A stretch of 64,000 bases of DNA from Selaginella moellendorffii (taxonomy: Eukaryota; Plantae; Lycopodiophyta), in the NCBI RefSeq assembly GCF_000143415.4, contig NW_003314323.1, positions 748,499-812,498 on the forward strand, read 5' to 3'. Below, piece after piece: positions 11,789 to 25,600 of the stretch. The notes under the pieces are model-generated. The model worked only from the letters and a program-made list of their open reading frames with translations, did no database searches and was not told where the DNA came from. The position numbers were made by a program, and so were the translations under genes. The first letter of the stretch is position 1; the number at the start of each line of letters is the position of its first letter.

Positions 11789-13894
11789 TCATAGAAACTT
11801 CTTGAAAAACTCGGCGTACTGTTCGAGGTAGTCCGGTCGAGTGGGAACTATATGCCCCGAGTCATGACGAACTACCATTCGAGAGCCAGGCCTGAACTTC
11901 CCGGCCAATCTCTCGCTTTCCGTGCAAGCGATTTGCCGGTCATTGCCAGTTTTCCCACTGAAAATGTGCAGCGAAGGGCAGTCGATCAATCCTCCCAACA
12001 CCTGTTGCTCTAGCACCGGCGAAACGAACCCCGAGCACAGCACGACGAACTTGATGTCGATCAGTCCAGCATCCTTGAGTGAAGAAAGTATGGCAGCCAC
12101 GGCCGCTCCCTGCGAGAACCCGAGAACGCCATCGAATGGCCCGCGATCAGCCAATACTTGTCCCAGGTACTCCCAGCTCTCGCTCCAACCCGACGTTTGC
12201 TTTTGGTACTGCATGGGATCGAAAGACTTCTGTACTGGAGTCCACGTTTGTGTGCTAGCCTTCGGACCATCCGGATCGGTTAACCACGCAAATTTCTTGT
12301 GCGGCTGGGCTGTAGGTTCGCGCCTCGTTTCGTCCTCGAGAAGTTGATAGAGCAGCGGAAGCTCGTGAGGAGCATCTATGAAGACGAACTCGGCTGTACG
12401 TCTGAGTTTCTTCGACAGCGATGCGAGCCTGCCCTTCAAGTTTGATGCGTTTTGACGAAAGCCGTGCAGGCACAGTATCCTTAACTTCGAGCCTGTTCAC
12501 GGTGGGTCATATGTCTGCTATCAAAATTTGATAAGCACTCACATTTATCACGTCCTGATTCTACTGGTTCACTAGAATGCCGATTAGCAGCGCACAGCTC
12601 GCAGAGATAAGGCACCGACGCCTGAAAGCACAATGCAAGGTAAAGAGAAGACAAAGATCATATACGAATTACCTTGCAACTTTCGCATAAAAGTACCAGC
12701 ATACGACACATGGAGCAACGGAGCCGTGGAGTATAGTCATCGTAGGGAGATTTGCAACTATAGCAGCAGCCAACAGTTTTATCTTGTAGCGATGGAACTG
12801 ATATCCTGCCAGCCAAAGCTTATCAGCTTCCGAGTAAGAGTGATGCATGCACTACCTATGATCGAAAACAAAGTTCTTCCCATGGAAGTATCCTCCTTCA
12901 GGAAATGCCTCCAGATACCGCTGAATGCCACCAGAAAGCTGCGTAGCACGAGGTTAGAATCCACCGTACAAACAGGAGAAAACCAAACAACCTGGTAGAC
13001 GTTCTCGAATTCCTCTCCTTTGCTACGAATGTAAGCAGAAGCCATCTCGCACCGGACACCTCCAGTGCAATACCTGCAACAAACGCAAAAGCATATAACA
13101 CATGAATGAAAGAAACGACTTAGAAAGAAATACATCAGTACTGATTTGTTGCGCAATTGCTCCGCGTGCTCGTCTATCCAAGCAGGCAAGTCACTGTACT
13201 GGCGTATCTTGGGGTCGAGGAAAGCAATTCCCGGAGGCGGGCAAAACTTGCCTATTCGGGTCTCGTAAATGTTCCTTGCATCGAGAACTACAGCGTTGCT
13301 TTGTTTCAAGTTTCCTGCACGAATGAAAATCTTGTAAGTTGGAAAGAAAACAAAGGCAGCCACCAAAACCTGCTTGGTCGAGCATTCCATGGAACTGCTC
13401 TGGCGATAGATGCTTCCCAGCATTTGCAAGCGACGGAGAAGGGAATACACCAAGCGTCACGATTTCCTAAAAAGCCGAAAAAACGAAAAAAGCTTTGCCC
13501 GAGCAAGAACTTGCGAGAAAAGAATTACCTCAACCAGACGAACGGACAAGGAATCAAAGCCACAGCTCGCAGCGGCATCGCGATCCATAGGCCGGGAGCA
13601 CGCAGCGAGCTTGAAATCGCATCCCTGGAACAGCTCCTGGCCCGCGACAGCATCGATGTGCTCCCTCAGCGATTCCATGCTGCCTCCGACCTAGCAAGAA
13701 TCCGTGAGAACACAGAGAAATTCCGGAGAATGCCACTCACATACCGTGACATTGACGCCCCCGGGCGCAATCCGTATCCTCCCCAGCAGCGCCAGCGAAG
13801 AACACGATCGCTCGAACCAGTTCCTGGTCGCCTCGGGATCCGGCAGCGTGACGAACTTGTAGTAGAGAAGAACTCCCTGCTCTGGGAGCGCCAT
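11789..13894 (-). CDS. STR6: Rhodanese-like domain protein 6 (UPF0176/TrhO-type rhodanese fused to FSH1 serine hydrolase); apparently intact copy
   Basis: MALPEQGVLLYYK...GRIRIAPGGVNVT, DARNIYETRIGKF, M/YCTGGVRCEMASAY; C-terminal ILCLHGFRQN, FIDAPH, FDGVLGFSQGA, HDSGHIVP. I did not check every splice junction. Confidence 0.85.
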
Positions 13895-15204
13895 AGCTCC
13901 ACAAAAGCCCTAGTTTTCATGGCTACTTGTTAATGGAAAATTCATAGAGTATAGAAGAGTGGCATTTGCTCATAAATAAACGCACAGGCATTCCCGTAGC
14001 TCTATCACCCACTGGGGTTCTGTCTTCACTGCGACAGTCCCAGTGAAGGACCCAGGATCAGGGATTTTGATCGAGCGACTAGTGGATGGTTTACATCGAG
14101 TCGTAGTGTCTTACGGCATTTGCCTCAGCTGGCATTTCTCTGTTTTTGTCGATGCTAGAAAGTTTCTTCCTCGGAAAGCCAAGAAAATCTCCTAAGAAAT
14201 CTCATCATCTGGGCTCAAATTCAATGTGGAAGTAAGCTAGCGAACGTTATATGAACTTATAGGAGCGCAAATAAGAATGCTGGCGACATCCCAATTAGTT
14301 CCATCCCTATCAAAAGCATTATGATCACATCCACAATTGGCGCGCAATAAAGCTCTTCCATCCCATGGATTTGGAAGGGCTCATAGCAAGCTTCCGAGCT
14401 GGCTAATATCTAGCATTGAAGCAAGCTTGAAAAGCTCCATCCCAGCATTCTGTTCGTCCCCGCCAGGATCTTACAGTCGATCCCTATAAGGCAAGTCCTG
14501 GAAAAAGATATAAATAAATAAGAAAAGCTCGTTCTTTTGAGCTTACGTTCACTCCAAGCCCGAACAATACCTGGAATGAGTTCCTCCCTTGTTCTTGGAG
14601 ATATAATCACAAAACCAAGTCTTTGGTATTTACCTTAGCCATCTAAAAAGACGAGTGCTCGTGAAAGTATCATACACACGACTGACGTGGACAGTGATCT
14701 CCATTACTGGCGCGAGCAAACCATTAGTTGGAAAAACATCAGGATGAGCTTACTTGACCTGCAAGAGGTCCAAAGAACAAAAAGAGATTGCAAAGTAGAT
14801 CCAACTTTTGACGAAGATGAGACACTAAAAGGTTTTGGCATTCAAGAGTGAAAGATCGAAGAATCTACAAGACCATTATCTAGAATGACAAGTACATGAA
14901 AACTTCTATCTCTTCCATCAGTTCTTTGCGGCAGAGCCTTTAGATCGAAGGATCCTTTTTGCATTGGAACCAGCGAGAAACTTAACTGGTGGTGATTCTA
15001 GATCCTCGCCAAGTGATAGAGCTGGACTGTGGCATGGCACGAGAAGAGCAGATAATTCCAAGGTGAATCTCATAAATAGATTCCCAAGAGAATGTACCAC
15101 TCGTCATGTTGCATGTCCGGCGTCTTGTTGAGATTGATTAGAAGAATTTCTCACAGCAAAGACGAATCCCTAGTTCGGCAATGCGGCGTGGAAGGGGAAT
15201 CAAA

Positions 15205-15323
15205 GAATATGTCCGAGACCTTTAGAGTTCCGGTGAAATATTCCTTTAATATTCGGCAACGCGGGAAGGGAATATGTCCGAGACCTTTAGAGTTCCTCGG
15301 GTGAAATATTCCTTTAATATTCG
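15205..15323 (+). repeat. Direct repeat of ~51 bp, two copies, upstream of the unknown gene
   Basis: GAATATGTCCGAGACCTTTAGAGTTCC(TCG)GGTGAAATATTCCTTTAATATTCG at 15205-15255 and 15270-15323. Confidence 0.85.
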
Positions 15324-15366
15324 AAGAGAAATACAATAAGTAAACCTTTGAAGCTCTCTAAGGCTC

Positions 15367-17672
15367 ATGGATTGGGGATGGACTCAGGCAGAGGACATGA
15401 CTCCAGTGGTGGGATGGGATCCGCGCGTGGGTGTGCTCGTGGCCGATTGGTTCCAAAGCAGCATAGGTACCAGATTGCTGAGAGTGGTTGCAGGGGCATT
15501 CCAGCGCTTTGGGCTGGAGCTGAACTATTTAGCAGAGGCGTCGTGGTTCTACGATATGGATGAGTCGAGTGTGTCGGAGCTCAAGTGGAAGATCTGGACT
15601 GTGGCAATCGCTCACGTCCTCCGGGTTCCCGTCCCGGAGGTTTTCTTGCACCTCTTCATCGCTGCCGATTATTTCACGCGCCAGCGAGGTCTCCCCAACC
15701 AGCAACGTTACGGTGGCCCGACAGTACTGTCTTTCGTGCTCCCTTGCTACTACGTTACACACAAGCTTGAAGTGGTGAGTTTATCGAGATTTCTTGTGGC
15801 AAAGCGGTAAAAGATCGTTTATTTCTTGGTTGCAGCTCATGGAGAGAGATATTCCAACGCCAGCCACCGAAGCGATGTATTCGGCGGAAGGAATTACATG
15901 TATGGCTTGTCTCTTTTCCTTTTTTCATTTCTAACCAGCCGGCTGTGCAGATCTTGTGTCGCTCATGTCTAGAGTTCCCTCTACTTTCTCGGCGCGAACA
16001 TGTCTTCTGGATGCCCTTCTCCTGTTTGATGTGAGCGAGCAGCTCTGCGTGCTCTTCTTCGCGTGGCTGCACCTCCAGGTCCAAGCAAACAAGCAGCCGC
16101 GCGAATGGCTCGACGCTTTCGTAGCTCAAGCCAAAGCTGGCGGCGGGGGGCACCTGGGCAAACTCTTGCTCTGCTTCCTAGACACCGTGCACGCATACAG
16201 GTTTCAGAAATTCTTTCTGCCAACCAGGGAGAACATCGACAACGTCTATAACGTTTGGTTCAAGGAACTCCCGATGATAGAGTGGCAATCGATCGACCTC
16301 ACCCCCGGCGTCCGCCAGGTGTTGCAGGTAAAATCCTTAGCTCGATTTGCGAAACAGAGACAGGCTTCTTATTTGTTTCTTTTTTCTTTTTTCTTTTTTT
16401 TTGTTTGTTTGGCAGGAGGTGGTGGCAGCAGTGACTCACACATTCGAGTGGGACCAAAGCCTTGTTGTACCTCTGGAGTGCTGGGTTCGAAGGAGCTCGC
16501 TCGTTTACCAGCACAGGCCTCGCGAGGTTTCATACTTTATGGACTTTAAGGATGCAAGCTTGCAGATTGGCCGTCTGATCTACACTTGGACACTGACGAA
16601 AAAGGGGCAGCGCGACCATGCCGAGCTCCAGACGCTGTGCTCGACGGGCAAGTCGATCGTGGAGCACGCACAGTCGGTGACAGCGGGAAGCAGCGACGAG
16701 CGCCAGCTCTACCGTGCCGCCGCTGCCGTTTTCGGCAAGGATTTTAGCGGCCATTTCGTGCAGCTGTGCAGGAACGCGCAGTGGGAGCCGGATGGGGTCC
16801 CTTGCTCGCAATCCGAGCTGGGAGAAATAAGGGAGCTGGCATGGAGAGGGCTGATTTTAGTCTTCAACTTCCAGCACAGAGTTCCGGAGCATTACTTTGA
16901 CGACGGCCATAAACAATGAGTATTGTGCCGTTCGGTGCCATGGTCGTCTACATTGTTCACGTACGCACACCCTTTTCGTTGGAATGTGTTTCTGATTTGT
17001 TTCCTTTCTTCTTGTGTGTTTTCTTCCGCAGCTGATATTTGAGGATCACTTGGCTCTGGACATTGATTGCAAAGCGTCACAAGAATGTGAGTGACATGAA
17101 TTATCTATCTTTGCTTGGTGGAAGTATTTACTAAAGCTGTTTCTGTAGGCACGGTGGCTCTAAATAGTCACCCAAACCTTGATACAATCTGGAGCACAAG
17201 AGGCATTTTTATTGCATCAGATGCGACTAAGAAGTAACTCTTGAGAAGTTGATAAACTCTCCCAAAATACAGGGGGCCCTGGGAGCCAGCGCTGATGAAA
17301 TAGGTGATGCCATGGTCAAGGCGATTGCAGTTGGTGGTACATATTATGATTGGGAACACAAAGAGTTGTGGTTTAAAATGGCGAAAATATTTAGATGGAG
17401 CTCACTGCATATATTATAGCATATGCAATTTCCAAAGGAATAATTTAAGAAGTGCATGGATCAGCACGTCATGAAGGCCTTTAAAATACAGCCAAGGGTT
17501 AGGGTTTTAGCAGGGACAACCCATTGCTGGAAACATGGCGCGATCGTTGCCGGGAATGCTTTTCTTTGCTTATGGCTTGATCGTGAATCCTGGATGAGGG
17601 CATGGGAGCGAATGTGATTGAGAGTAAAATGGGCGATGTCATCCAGGCATAGCAGAAAAAAGAAAAGTCTGA
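15367..17672 (+). pseudogene. Unknown multi-exon lineage-specific gene, copy 1 (longest; frameshifting deletions in the 3' part)
   Basis: ORFs 15367-15810, 15956-16549, 16347-16919 with GT-AG introns. Relative to the other copies it lacks 7 bp at about 17235 and 10 bp at about 17400. Confidence 0.6.
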
Positions 17673-19183
17673 GGTTGCCATCCTAGCGGTGGAGCCACAA
17701 GACAATAACCAACATAAATCAATATCTATTTTCAAGGCTGATTCGTGCCTATTGGCAATCTCTGACTCTTTTGCCCTCGTATAATTTACAGAAGTTAATA
17801 CAACCAAACTCTTCAACCAAAATCTTCATAAATCTGAATGATCACTGATCTATGAATGAAGAAAACTTGTGCTCATCTCTCTAATTGGGCTCTCTCCTTT
17901 GGTTCTTTCTCTAGTGAGGCGGCTTTCGGTTTTGTCCTTGAAAGGTACCGAAGTCCTCATATGACTATCCATTAGCTCTGCTCCATTCATCCAAGCACAA
18001 TAATTCCCAGAGGTAGGTGGTGGATTTTGATTGAGCTCTCCTGCATGCTGCGCATGTGTTGGGCATGGTCACAAAGGCCTAGATTTCTCGATGGCATGAC
18101 CATTTGGGGCAGGGAATTAAATCTTTTCTCGTTTGCTAACCAGGAGGCAATAACTGGGGTCAGTGTGGAGAGTTATATGTATGCGGCACACATATGGACT
18201 GCTCCCTATTTTCGTATATATATGGACGGGAATCCAGCGGCCCTGAAAGCCATGGTGCATATGTTTTAATGGGCACAGCACCTGAGTGGCCTCATGTCAA
18301 AGGCGGTCATTGTGGGCACAACATGGACCTTGTGCTTGTGTTGGGATCATCGCGCACATGCACATCCATGAGTATAACTGAATAGCCCCAGGCCATCTTT
18401 CACATCATCTTGTCACATATACAGATGGGCAACTGCTACAAGGGGAAAGATGCCCTCTCGGGGCAAATGCTGCATCCGGTGGATGCCAGGGATTAATTAA
18501 TTAGTTCATCTGCCCAGATGCATTTCGCATATGTCACTGCAAAACAAATGCCCAACCAAAAGGGTGTTTTCATTCAAGGAAACCATTTTCTGAAGGTATA
18601 TCTGTAGTATATTCCAACTTGCATGAAATTTCAATAAAAAATAACCTGTCGACAATGGCAATGAAAAATCTTGCACAAACCATATTTCTTAAATATGTCA
18701 ATCATATAAAAAACTGAATATAAATCATGAATCATGAACAATAGCATGGATCACTCACATAGCATAATTGGATCGAGACAAAAATATGATGTGACAAAGT
18801 TTAATCAATTAATTAGAAAGTATAGAACCTGCTCTCTGTTCTAGCAAATCTTATTTTAAAGGTAAATAAAAACATTAATGAATATAATGAGTGATAGCAT
18901 TTGGCCACATGCTATTCCTGAGAATTATAATATAAAATATAAATACCCGGTTATTTTAAGAAATGGCATTTCAAGGTGACCAAGAACAATTTATTAATAA
19001 TTGTATTATTCTACCATGTTTGATCTTGTATTTAGAGCTTATAAATGTGTTTATAATTTATAAACTTTCCTAAACATGTCCTAGTATATTCTAGTTTATT
19101 TTAATAATTGAAGAGTAATATTGCTCACAGCAAATTATTTATTGTTATTAATATTAATCTGATGAATCCGGGTTACAATTGCG

Positions 19184-19735
19184 AAAGCCGTGTGACATTG
19201 ACCGCCCCCGGGCGCAATCCTCCCTAGCAGCGCCAGCGAAGAACACGATCGCTCGAACCAGTCCCTGGTCACCTCGGGATCCGGCAGCGTGACGAACTTG
19301 TAGTAGAGAAGAACTCCCTACTCTGGGAGCGCCATAGCTCCACAAAAGCCCTAGTTTTCATGGCTACTTGTTAATGGAAAATTCCAAGAGTATAGAAGAG
19401 TGGCATTTGCTCATAGATAACGCACAGGCATTCTCATAGCTCTGTCGTTCCCACTGGGAGGTAGAGCTTGGTTCTGTCTTCACTGGGACAGTCCCAGTGA
19501 AGGACCCAGGATCAGGGATTTTGATCGAGCAAGTAGTGGATGTTTTTACATCGAGTCGTAGTGTCTTACAGCATTTGCCTCAGCTGGCATTTCTATGTTT
19601 TTGTCGATGCTAGAAAGTTTCTTCCTCGGAAAGCCAAAATAGTCTCGTAAGAAATCTCATCTGGGCTCAAATTTGATGTGGAATAAGAAAGCGAATGTTA
19701 TATGAACTTATAGAAGCGTAAGTAAGAATGCTGGA
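19184..19735 (-). pseudogene. STR6 copy 3: first exon plus promoter, internally deleted
   Basis: Matches 13743-14285. The left junction GAAAGCCGTG|TGACATTGAC joins sequence from ~12465 to sequence from ~13745. Confidence 0.8.
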
Positions 19736-21984
19736 CTGGATCTAGCATTTGGCTTTAATGGGCATAAGTTTGGTTGCTATGGACGAAAGTCCTTGTTAAG
19801 GCAAGGAAAGAATCTATCCAGATGCATTTGCTTTCAATGGGCATTTGTGTTTCTTTGCTCTTCTATTTGTTGCTACACTTGGTGTTCTAATACTGTAACT
19901 AGTTTTGCTCACATGCCTGACTGACTTTGATCTTTTTTTTTTCTTTTTCTTTGTCTTTTTCACTGATTAGTTTTTTCTCTCCGGTTCTGCCAATAAGCTG
20001 GTCTTTCTTTCATTCTTTTGTTTCAAGCAGGCCTTTCTACTACAAGGCTCTTAAGTTCTCTGTTTTTCTTTAAATGAAATCCAGGTGGCAATTCAAGGAT
20101 ATATAGGGTAAGGTTTTCGGAGAGAACGAGGAAGCTCGACGTCCAAGCCTGGGAGGATGGGAACTGGGTGCCATTGGAGCTGCGTCTTAAGGAGGAGATG
20201 GAGAGGGCCAAGGAGGCAATGCCCTCCTTGGCAAGCACCAAAAACTCAAGGAGAAGATGGTGGCAAAGGAGGACCGTTTCGAAAACAAGGGATTGGGCGA
20301 GGTCAATAAGGTGGGCAAACAAGCCCTAGAGGAGGGCCGCAACCAGGAGGGGGTACAACTCCTCCCCAGGTATGACTTGCCTGACAGACGTTTGTGTGTC
20401 AAGGAGTGATGAATTGTGAATGTAAACAAGTTTGCTTTGTTCTGTCTTGAGCAGTGTAAGCCTATTGGTATCCTTGACCGATTCGAATTTCCCCTTCATT
20501 TAGAGTTGATATAAATTCTCCCTTCATGGTGTGGAATACTATCAGTTGCAATATAGAAAACTTGGAATAAAACTAAAAACAGACCAGCAAGCCAAGATAT
20601 GGAGAAGTCATTTGAGGAACAGTTGAAGAGCTCAGATATGAACATCTTGTACCTGAATGTGCACAATCTAAGAAACTCTAGTATACAAACACATCCCATA
20701 CCTCAAACATGGCACACCTGTGAAAAACGTTTTGGAGCGCCTGCTCTCCCGAAGATGAGATCCCTCTAAAGAAGTACGTTGCGAATATCTGCAGCATCCG
20801 AAGGAAGATAAGCTTGAAGTTGGCTGAAAGCCTGCAGCATCTGACGATAAGCTTGGGGAAGAACCATGTAAACCCAAAGAGGCCACCTCCGAGTCAAAAG
20901 AAACACTTCCCGCTAAGAGCCTATGGTAGCAAAGAAAGGACATACGAAGAACCTATAGAGCAAAATTGATTAATCACCGTGAAGAGAAAGAACTGGGATA
21001 CCATTAGTTTTTGCAAGGGTGCCAAGAAGTAGTGTGTAACAGATTGGTGGCGAAGGAGCTTCATTCGAACACCACCTCTAATTGCAACAAACAAAACATG
21101 TTGTGCTTTTCAAAGGAGCTTGTTCATGTATGTTGTGATAGCAGAGGGATCTCCAATGTAGAACATATCTTCATATGGTCCGTTTTGAGCAACAGAGAAA
21201 AAAATTCGTTTATCATACGCTTCCTCCTGTGATCATCTTCAGACTGCTTCCTCTGCACAAGCACCAAAATGACCAAAGCCAGGTATTGGAAAAACATCAT
21301 CATCTATCTATCAATCAAGCCTTAGATTTACCCCGAATGATGCTCTGTTGGCGTGTGCCTGTGTGTAGGCAGAGGGATCTATGAGAGGGGCTGGGAGGGC
21401 ACAGCGATCTAGAGGGACTCTTGCAAGAAATTTGATAGATCGGAGCTTGCATTACCTAAGCCAGGGATTATCACCTGGAGTTCAACATCAGAATCGATCG
21501 ATCAAAGCCTTGGATTTACCTTGAGCGCTGCTCTGTCGCGGCGTGCCTGTATGTAGACAGAGGGATCCATAAGCAGCGATCTAGAGCAATTCCTCTGAGA
21601 ATTGAGGCGATCATCTCCGTGCTGCCAATGGAACCGCGCCTGGGATCATTGCCTAGAATTTCGACAAAATATCACGAATCTTTCCATCAAGCCTTGGATT
21701 GCGCTGCTCGGTTGGGCACCACAGCTGTGGAGCTGCCATGGTTGCTTTGCGCTAGCCCTGAAAATTTGAATGAAGCGGGAAGAATACTTAATGAGCTGGA
21801 CGGCAACGTGGCGGTGACGTGGTCAGCTTCTGGAGCGCGAAAAAGCCTTGCGTTATACTTTCGGCCTCGGAGAAGCGCCTTGATACTTTCCCTTTAGTAA
21901 CACTATTTAGTCGTGATCAGAGAAGAGCTTTCTCAAGAAATAGTACCTCTGCTTGAGATTCCAGTCAATCTCTCGCCTTCCGTG

Positions 21985-22570
21985 CTTTCCCTGAAATGTG
22001 CAGCGAATGGCAGTCGATCAATCCTCATCCTGTTGCTAACATCTTTTCCTCTAGCACAGGCGAAACCATCGCTGTACCGGCGTATCTTGGGGTCTTACAG
22101 CATTTGCCTCAGCCTTGCATTCCTAGGAAAGAAACATCTAGAAATAAATCTCAGAATTTAAGGTGGAAGTAAGCTAGCGAAACGCTATAAGGATTTACAG
22201 AAGCGCAAACAAGAATGCTGGCCTGTATAGCTCTCCTTGCAGAATTTGCCTGTAATGGGCATAAGTTTGGAGGCTTTGTGTTTGTTTTCCTTGTCAAGGC
22301 ACATTTTCTTTCGATGGGCATTTATGTTTCTTTGATGGCTGCACTGCTCTTCTATTTGTTGCTACATTTGGTGTCGCAGGTTCTAATGACTGTAACTGGT
22401 TTTGCTTATTTATTTATTTTCTTGACTTCTAGAAGAATCTCTATCACTGAATAATGTTTTCTTTTTATCAAGCCGCTGATTTTTTCCCACGAATGCATGA
22501 TGCCTGACTGACTTCGGTCTTTCTTTCGTTCTTTGTTCCGAGCAGGCCTTTCTTCGACAAGGCTCTTGAC
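21985..22570 (-). pseudogene. STR6 copy 4: highly collapsed mosaic of short fragments plus upstream flank
   Basis: Successive short matches to ~11960 (AAATGTGCAGCGAAxGGCAGTCGATCAATCCTC), ~12010, ~13195 (GGCGTATCTTGGGGTC), ~14110 and ~14230, then to 19720-20055. Confidence 0.6.
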
Positions 22571-22689
22571 CGATGAAGCAGAGGAGCTGCAGCTGATTCC
22601 AGGACGTCATAATTTCAGTGTAAGAACTCTTGCAGTTTTCTTGCGGCTCGATCTTAGCCCTGAATTGTATGATGCAGCATTTGTATTCG

Positions 22690-25600
22690 CTCATCATCAA
22701 AAGCCGTGATCAGCACGTTTGGTGGTATTTGCAGAATGGTTTCGCGGACGAATTGTTGGCACTGAAGAAGAAAGAAGGAAGATAATCTAAATAGGTGTTT
22801 GCAATCATGTTAATTCTTCCTGCAAAGTGGAATTTGAGGGTGGACTTTGCTCTTCTCTGGCCTGTACACAGTCTCGCATTGGGCTCAATGTCTGTCCAAA
22901 ATACATCATATTGACAAGAGTCTATGTTCTCGAGAAGTGTGAGAAATCATCCTCTCCTCAAAGATTTCTTCCAGGTAGATATGCAATGTTCCTTTGCTGC
23001 CAGCGTCTGGAGCTTGCTCCTGCAAAGCTTGCATTTGTTTGCAGAAATCATCACTGTCGACATCCGATGGAATACGTTTTTGCCACTTCTCGATCATCAT
23101 CTCAAGCTCCTGCCTGTTGTCTTCCAGCTCTTGGAGCTCCTTCTCGTCGTTCAAGGCCGCTGCTTGTAACTCCTCCACCTTGGCCTGACACTGCAAAAAT
23201 TCTTTGTTCCTCGTGAAAGCTGAGGCTGCTGCTGGAACCAATGAGCATTGCTCGCGTTCTTCGTAAGGCACACTTGCAAATCTTGGAACTTCGAATGTTC
23301 TAAAATAGAGGAAAAACTTTAAACTTGTGAGAAACGAAAACTTTGATCTTACCTCCGTGATCCAATAAGAACTTGGCCTTTGTCACACCTTCCCCCGTCG
23401 AGAGATACTGCTTGGCACGACAAGCTCATCTCGTTCCACGCATTTAGCATGTTTTCCTCCGTGTTGTAGACTTGTAGCTTCCGGAAAACATGGTAGAACA
23501 AGCTCTGGCGCAGCTCCAAGTGCTCGGGTCTCAAGTAGAGAAAGTTGACTCCATAGCCCAAGAAACCAGCCGGGATTTCGCCATTGGATAGAACAGGCGG
23601 TGGAATGTTAAGGAGCTTCTGAGGATGTTGAGCATCTACCGCTGCATTCCCATCCTTACGCTTGTATTGCCTGGTGAAGAACAAGATCACAGCTAAGTTT
23701 TGCTCGATGGGTGACAACTTACTTGATTGCGTCGATACGAAATACTGGAAAGTTCTCTGGAATCCAGAGCTTGTTGCTGCGAACAAACGCTGAAAAGGCC
23801 GTGGAGTTGTCCACGTTTGCATCAGAGCTTCTCAGCCATCGTATGCTGAAACGAGCACAAACACACACACAAAACGTAAGAAAAACAAAACACGTGAAGG
23901 AGAAAAAATAATCTAGGAAGGATTACCTGTTGATTTCATCCTTTTCAACCCGAGCAAGGAGAACAATCGGCCCCAAAATGTCATCCAAAGGAAAGCCTAT
24001 CGGTTTCATCTCTTGAGCCGTGTACAGCGCCAATGCCGGAGAATTCTCCTTGTGAACCAAAGTCTTGAGCTCGTTTAAGATGTCGCCCTCCGTCCTTTGA
24101 GTTTCATTTCCTTCGCAGAGCAAAACCTCATCATCGTTGGCAGCTCGTCGATGCTCATAAACACTCAACAAGCTTGCCTGAGCCCGCTTCAGCAAGTCTG
24201 AAGAAAATATTCACTTAAGGCGGACAAGCAAAAGAACTCTTCTACCTGTATTACGACCCAATGACTCTTGGGCCGCATACAACTTATTTGGAAGATTTTT
24301 GAGAGCTTTATGGCATTCTTTCAGGCCACTGCCAATACTTTTGATCATCTGAAAAAGATAACGTAAGGGGCAAATACACAGCTATAAAAAATGATATCAC
24401 GTACCGTTTCGGATTGTTCTACAATGTACTGGTACAAGTGCTTCTCCACTTGTTCGCGAGAATAGTTGCCTCGAAGAACAGCCAAACGAGAAGTAGCACT
24501 CTTGACGTCGTTAAACTCGCCTCCAATAGCACATACCTTGAACGTAAACAACTCTGGCATGATTTCGAGATCACTGAAAGTAGCCTGCCCATTTATTGCG
24601 GTCATGCAGCAGATCGCAGGCTTGGCAGCGCGCTGCAGCGTGAGAGTGCCACGAAGTGAGATCTCTCGACAACCGAAGCACCTGTTGTCATGAATATCCA
24701 CGACGTCCACCACCACCACGTCGGTATTTTCCTGCTCCATGTTAAACTTGAGCCTATACGGCCTTCCATGGACCACGTTAAGCTGCCACTTGATCGGGGT
24801 CACTTCGTCGCTGCCTTCGAGCACAAACTTGAGGACGTATGGTCCTGCTCTCGCCAGTACCACCAGGCCTTGGAAAATATAGACAGATGCTTCGTCGTCT
24901 CTCTCTCCAGACTTGGTCGAGCAGTTCTTCCCGAGCGGATCCCAGACCGAGATGGTGAGCTGCTGCAAGGCCTGTAGGGGGCGACCGTCTTCACATTCCA
25001 CCAGAACCCGCATTTCCGGCACGACTTGCTGCTCGTCATCCCTGTCCGAGAGTGTGAGTTCACGAGGAGTCTCGCCGAGGAGCCGCAGCAGCGTTGGATT
25101 GTTTCCAGGAGTGACTTCCAACGGGACCGAGACTTGCTTTGAAGATGCTCTGATCACCAAGTTGTAGACGCCCAGCGGCATGTCCAGAAGCTTTGAAATG
25201 CAGCAAAACCATCCGTCGCGTATGCCACTTTCTCAAGTCTTTCACAAGTGTCTGGAACGATGATCTCTAGAGAAACTTCTTTGGCTTTGTAGCCGCTGTT
25301 ACAAACGTTGTCCTTGTGATCCACCAGACAAACTTGTAGCTCCGGAAAAAAGCTACGCCTGCAAACCGAGAACCGGCGGCCCGCATCAGCTGTCATGAGA
25401 GCTTTGAGCAGCTCGTTACGCTTTCCACAGAATGGGACCAATCTGTGAACGTCTCCACAGCCAAGATACACTCTCCAGTTCAAAGTTTGCATAGCGTTCT
25501 TCAACGTGACGACGTAGAAGCCTTCTTTTCCGTCGAGGACAACCCTGAGGCTGTACTTCATGTCTTCTGTACTTGAAATTCTTCTGCTGAGCAGCACATT

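Larger units (their letters stand above)
8855..14291. repeat. Arm 1 of a ~5.4 kb inverted segmental duplication (partner 31751-37163)
   Basis: Near-identical reverse-complement blocks, e.g. ORF pairs 12633-12998(+)/32956-33321(-), 11789-12439(-)/33485-34165(+), 9972-10376(-)/35565-36017(+), 8983-9183(+)/36755-37021(-). Confidence 0.92.

Noticed and set aside
13157-13933. 258-aa plus-strand ORF
   Set aside because: Antisense to STR6 exons, with no ATG start and no recognisable motifs.
14400-15150. Exon/intron-like minus-strand remnants; similar unexplained stretch at 17.7-19.1 kb
   Set aside because: No coherent reading frame or recognisable motif, so left unannotated.
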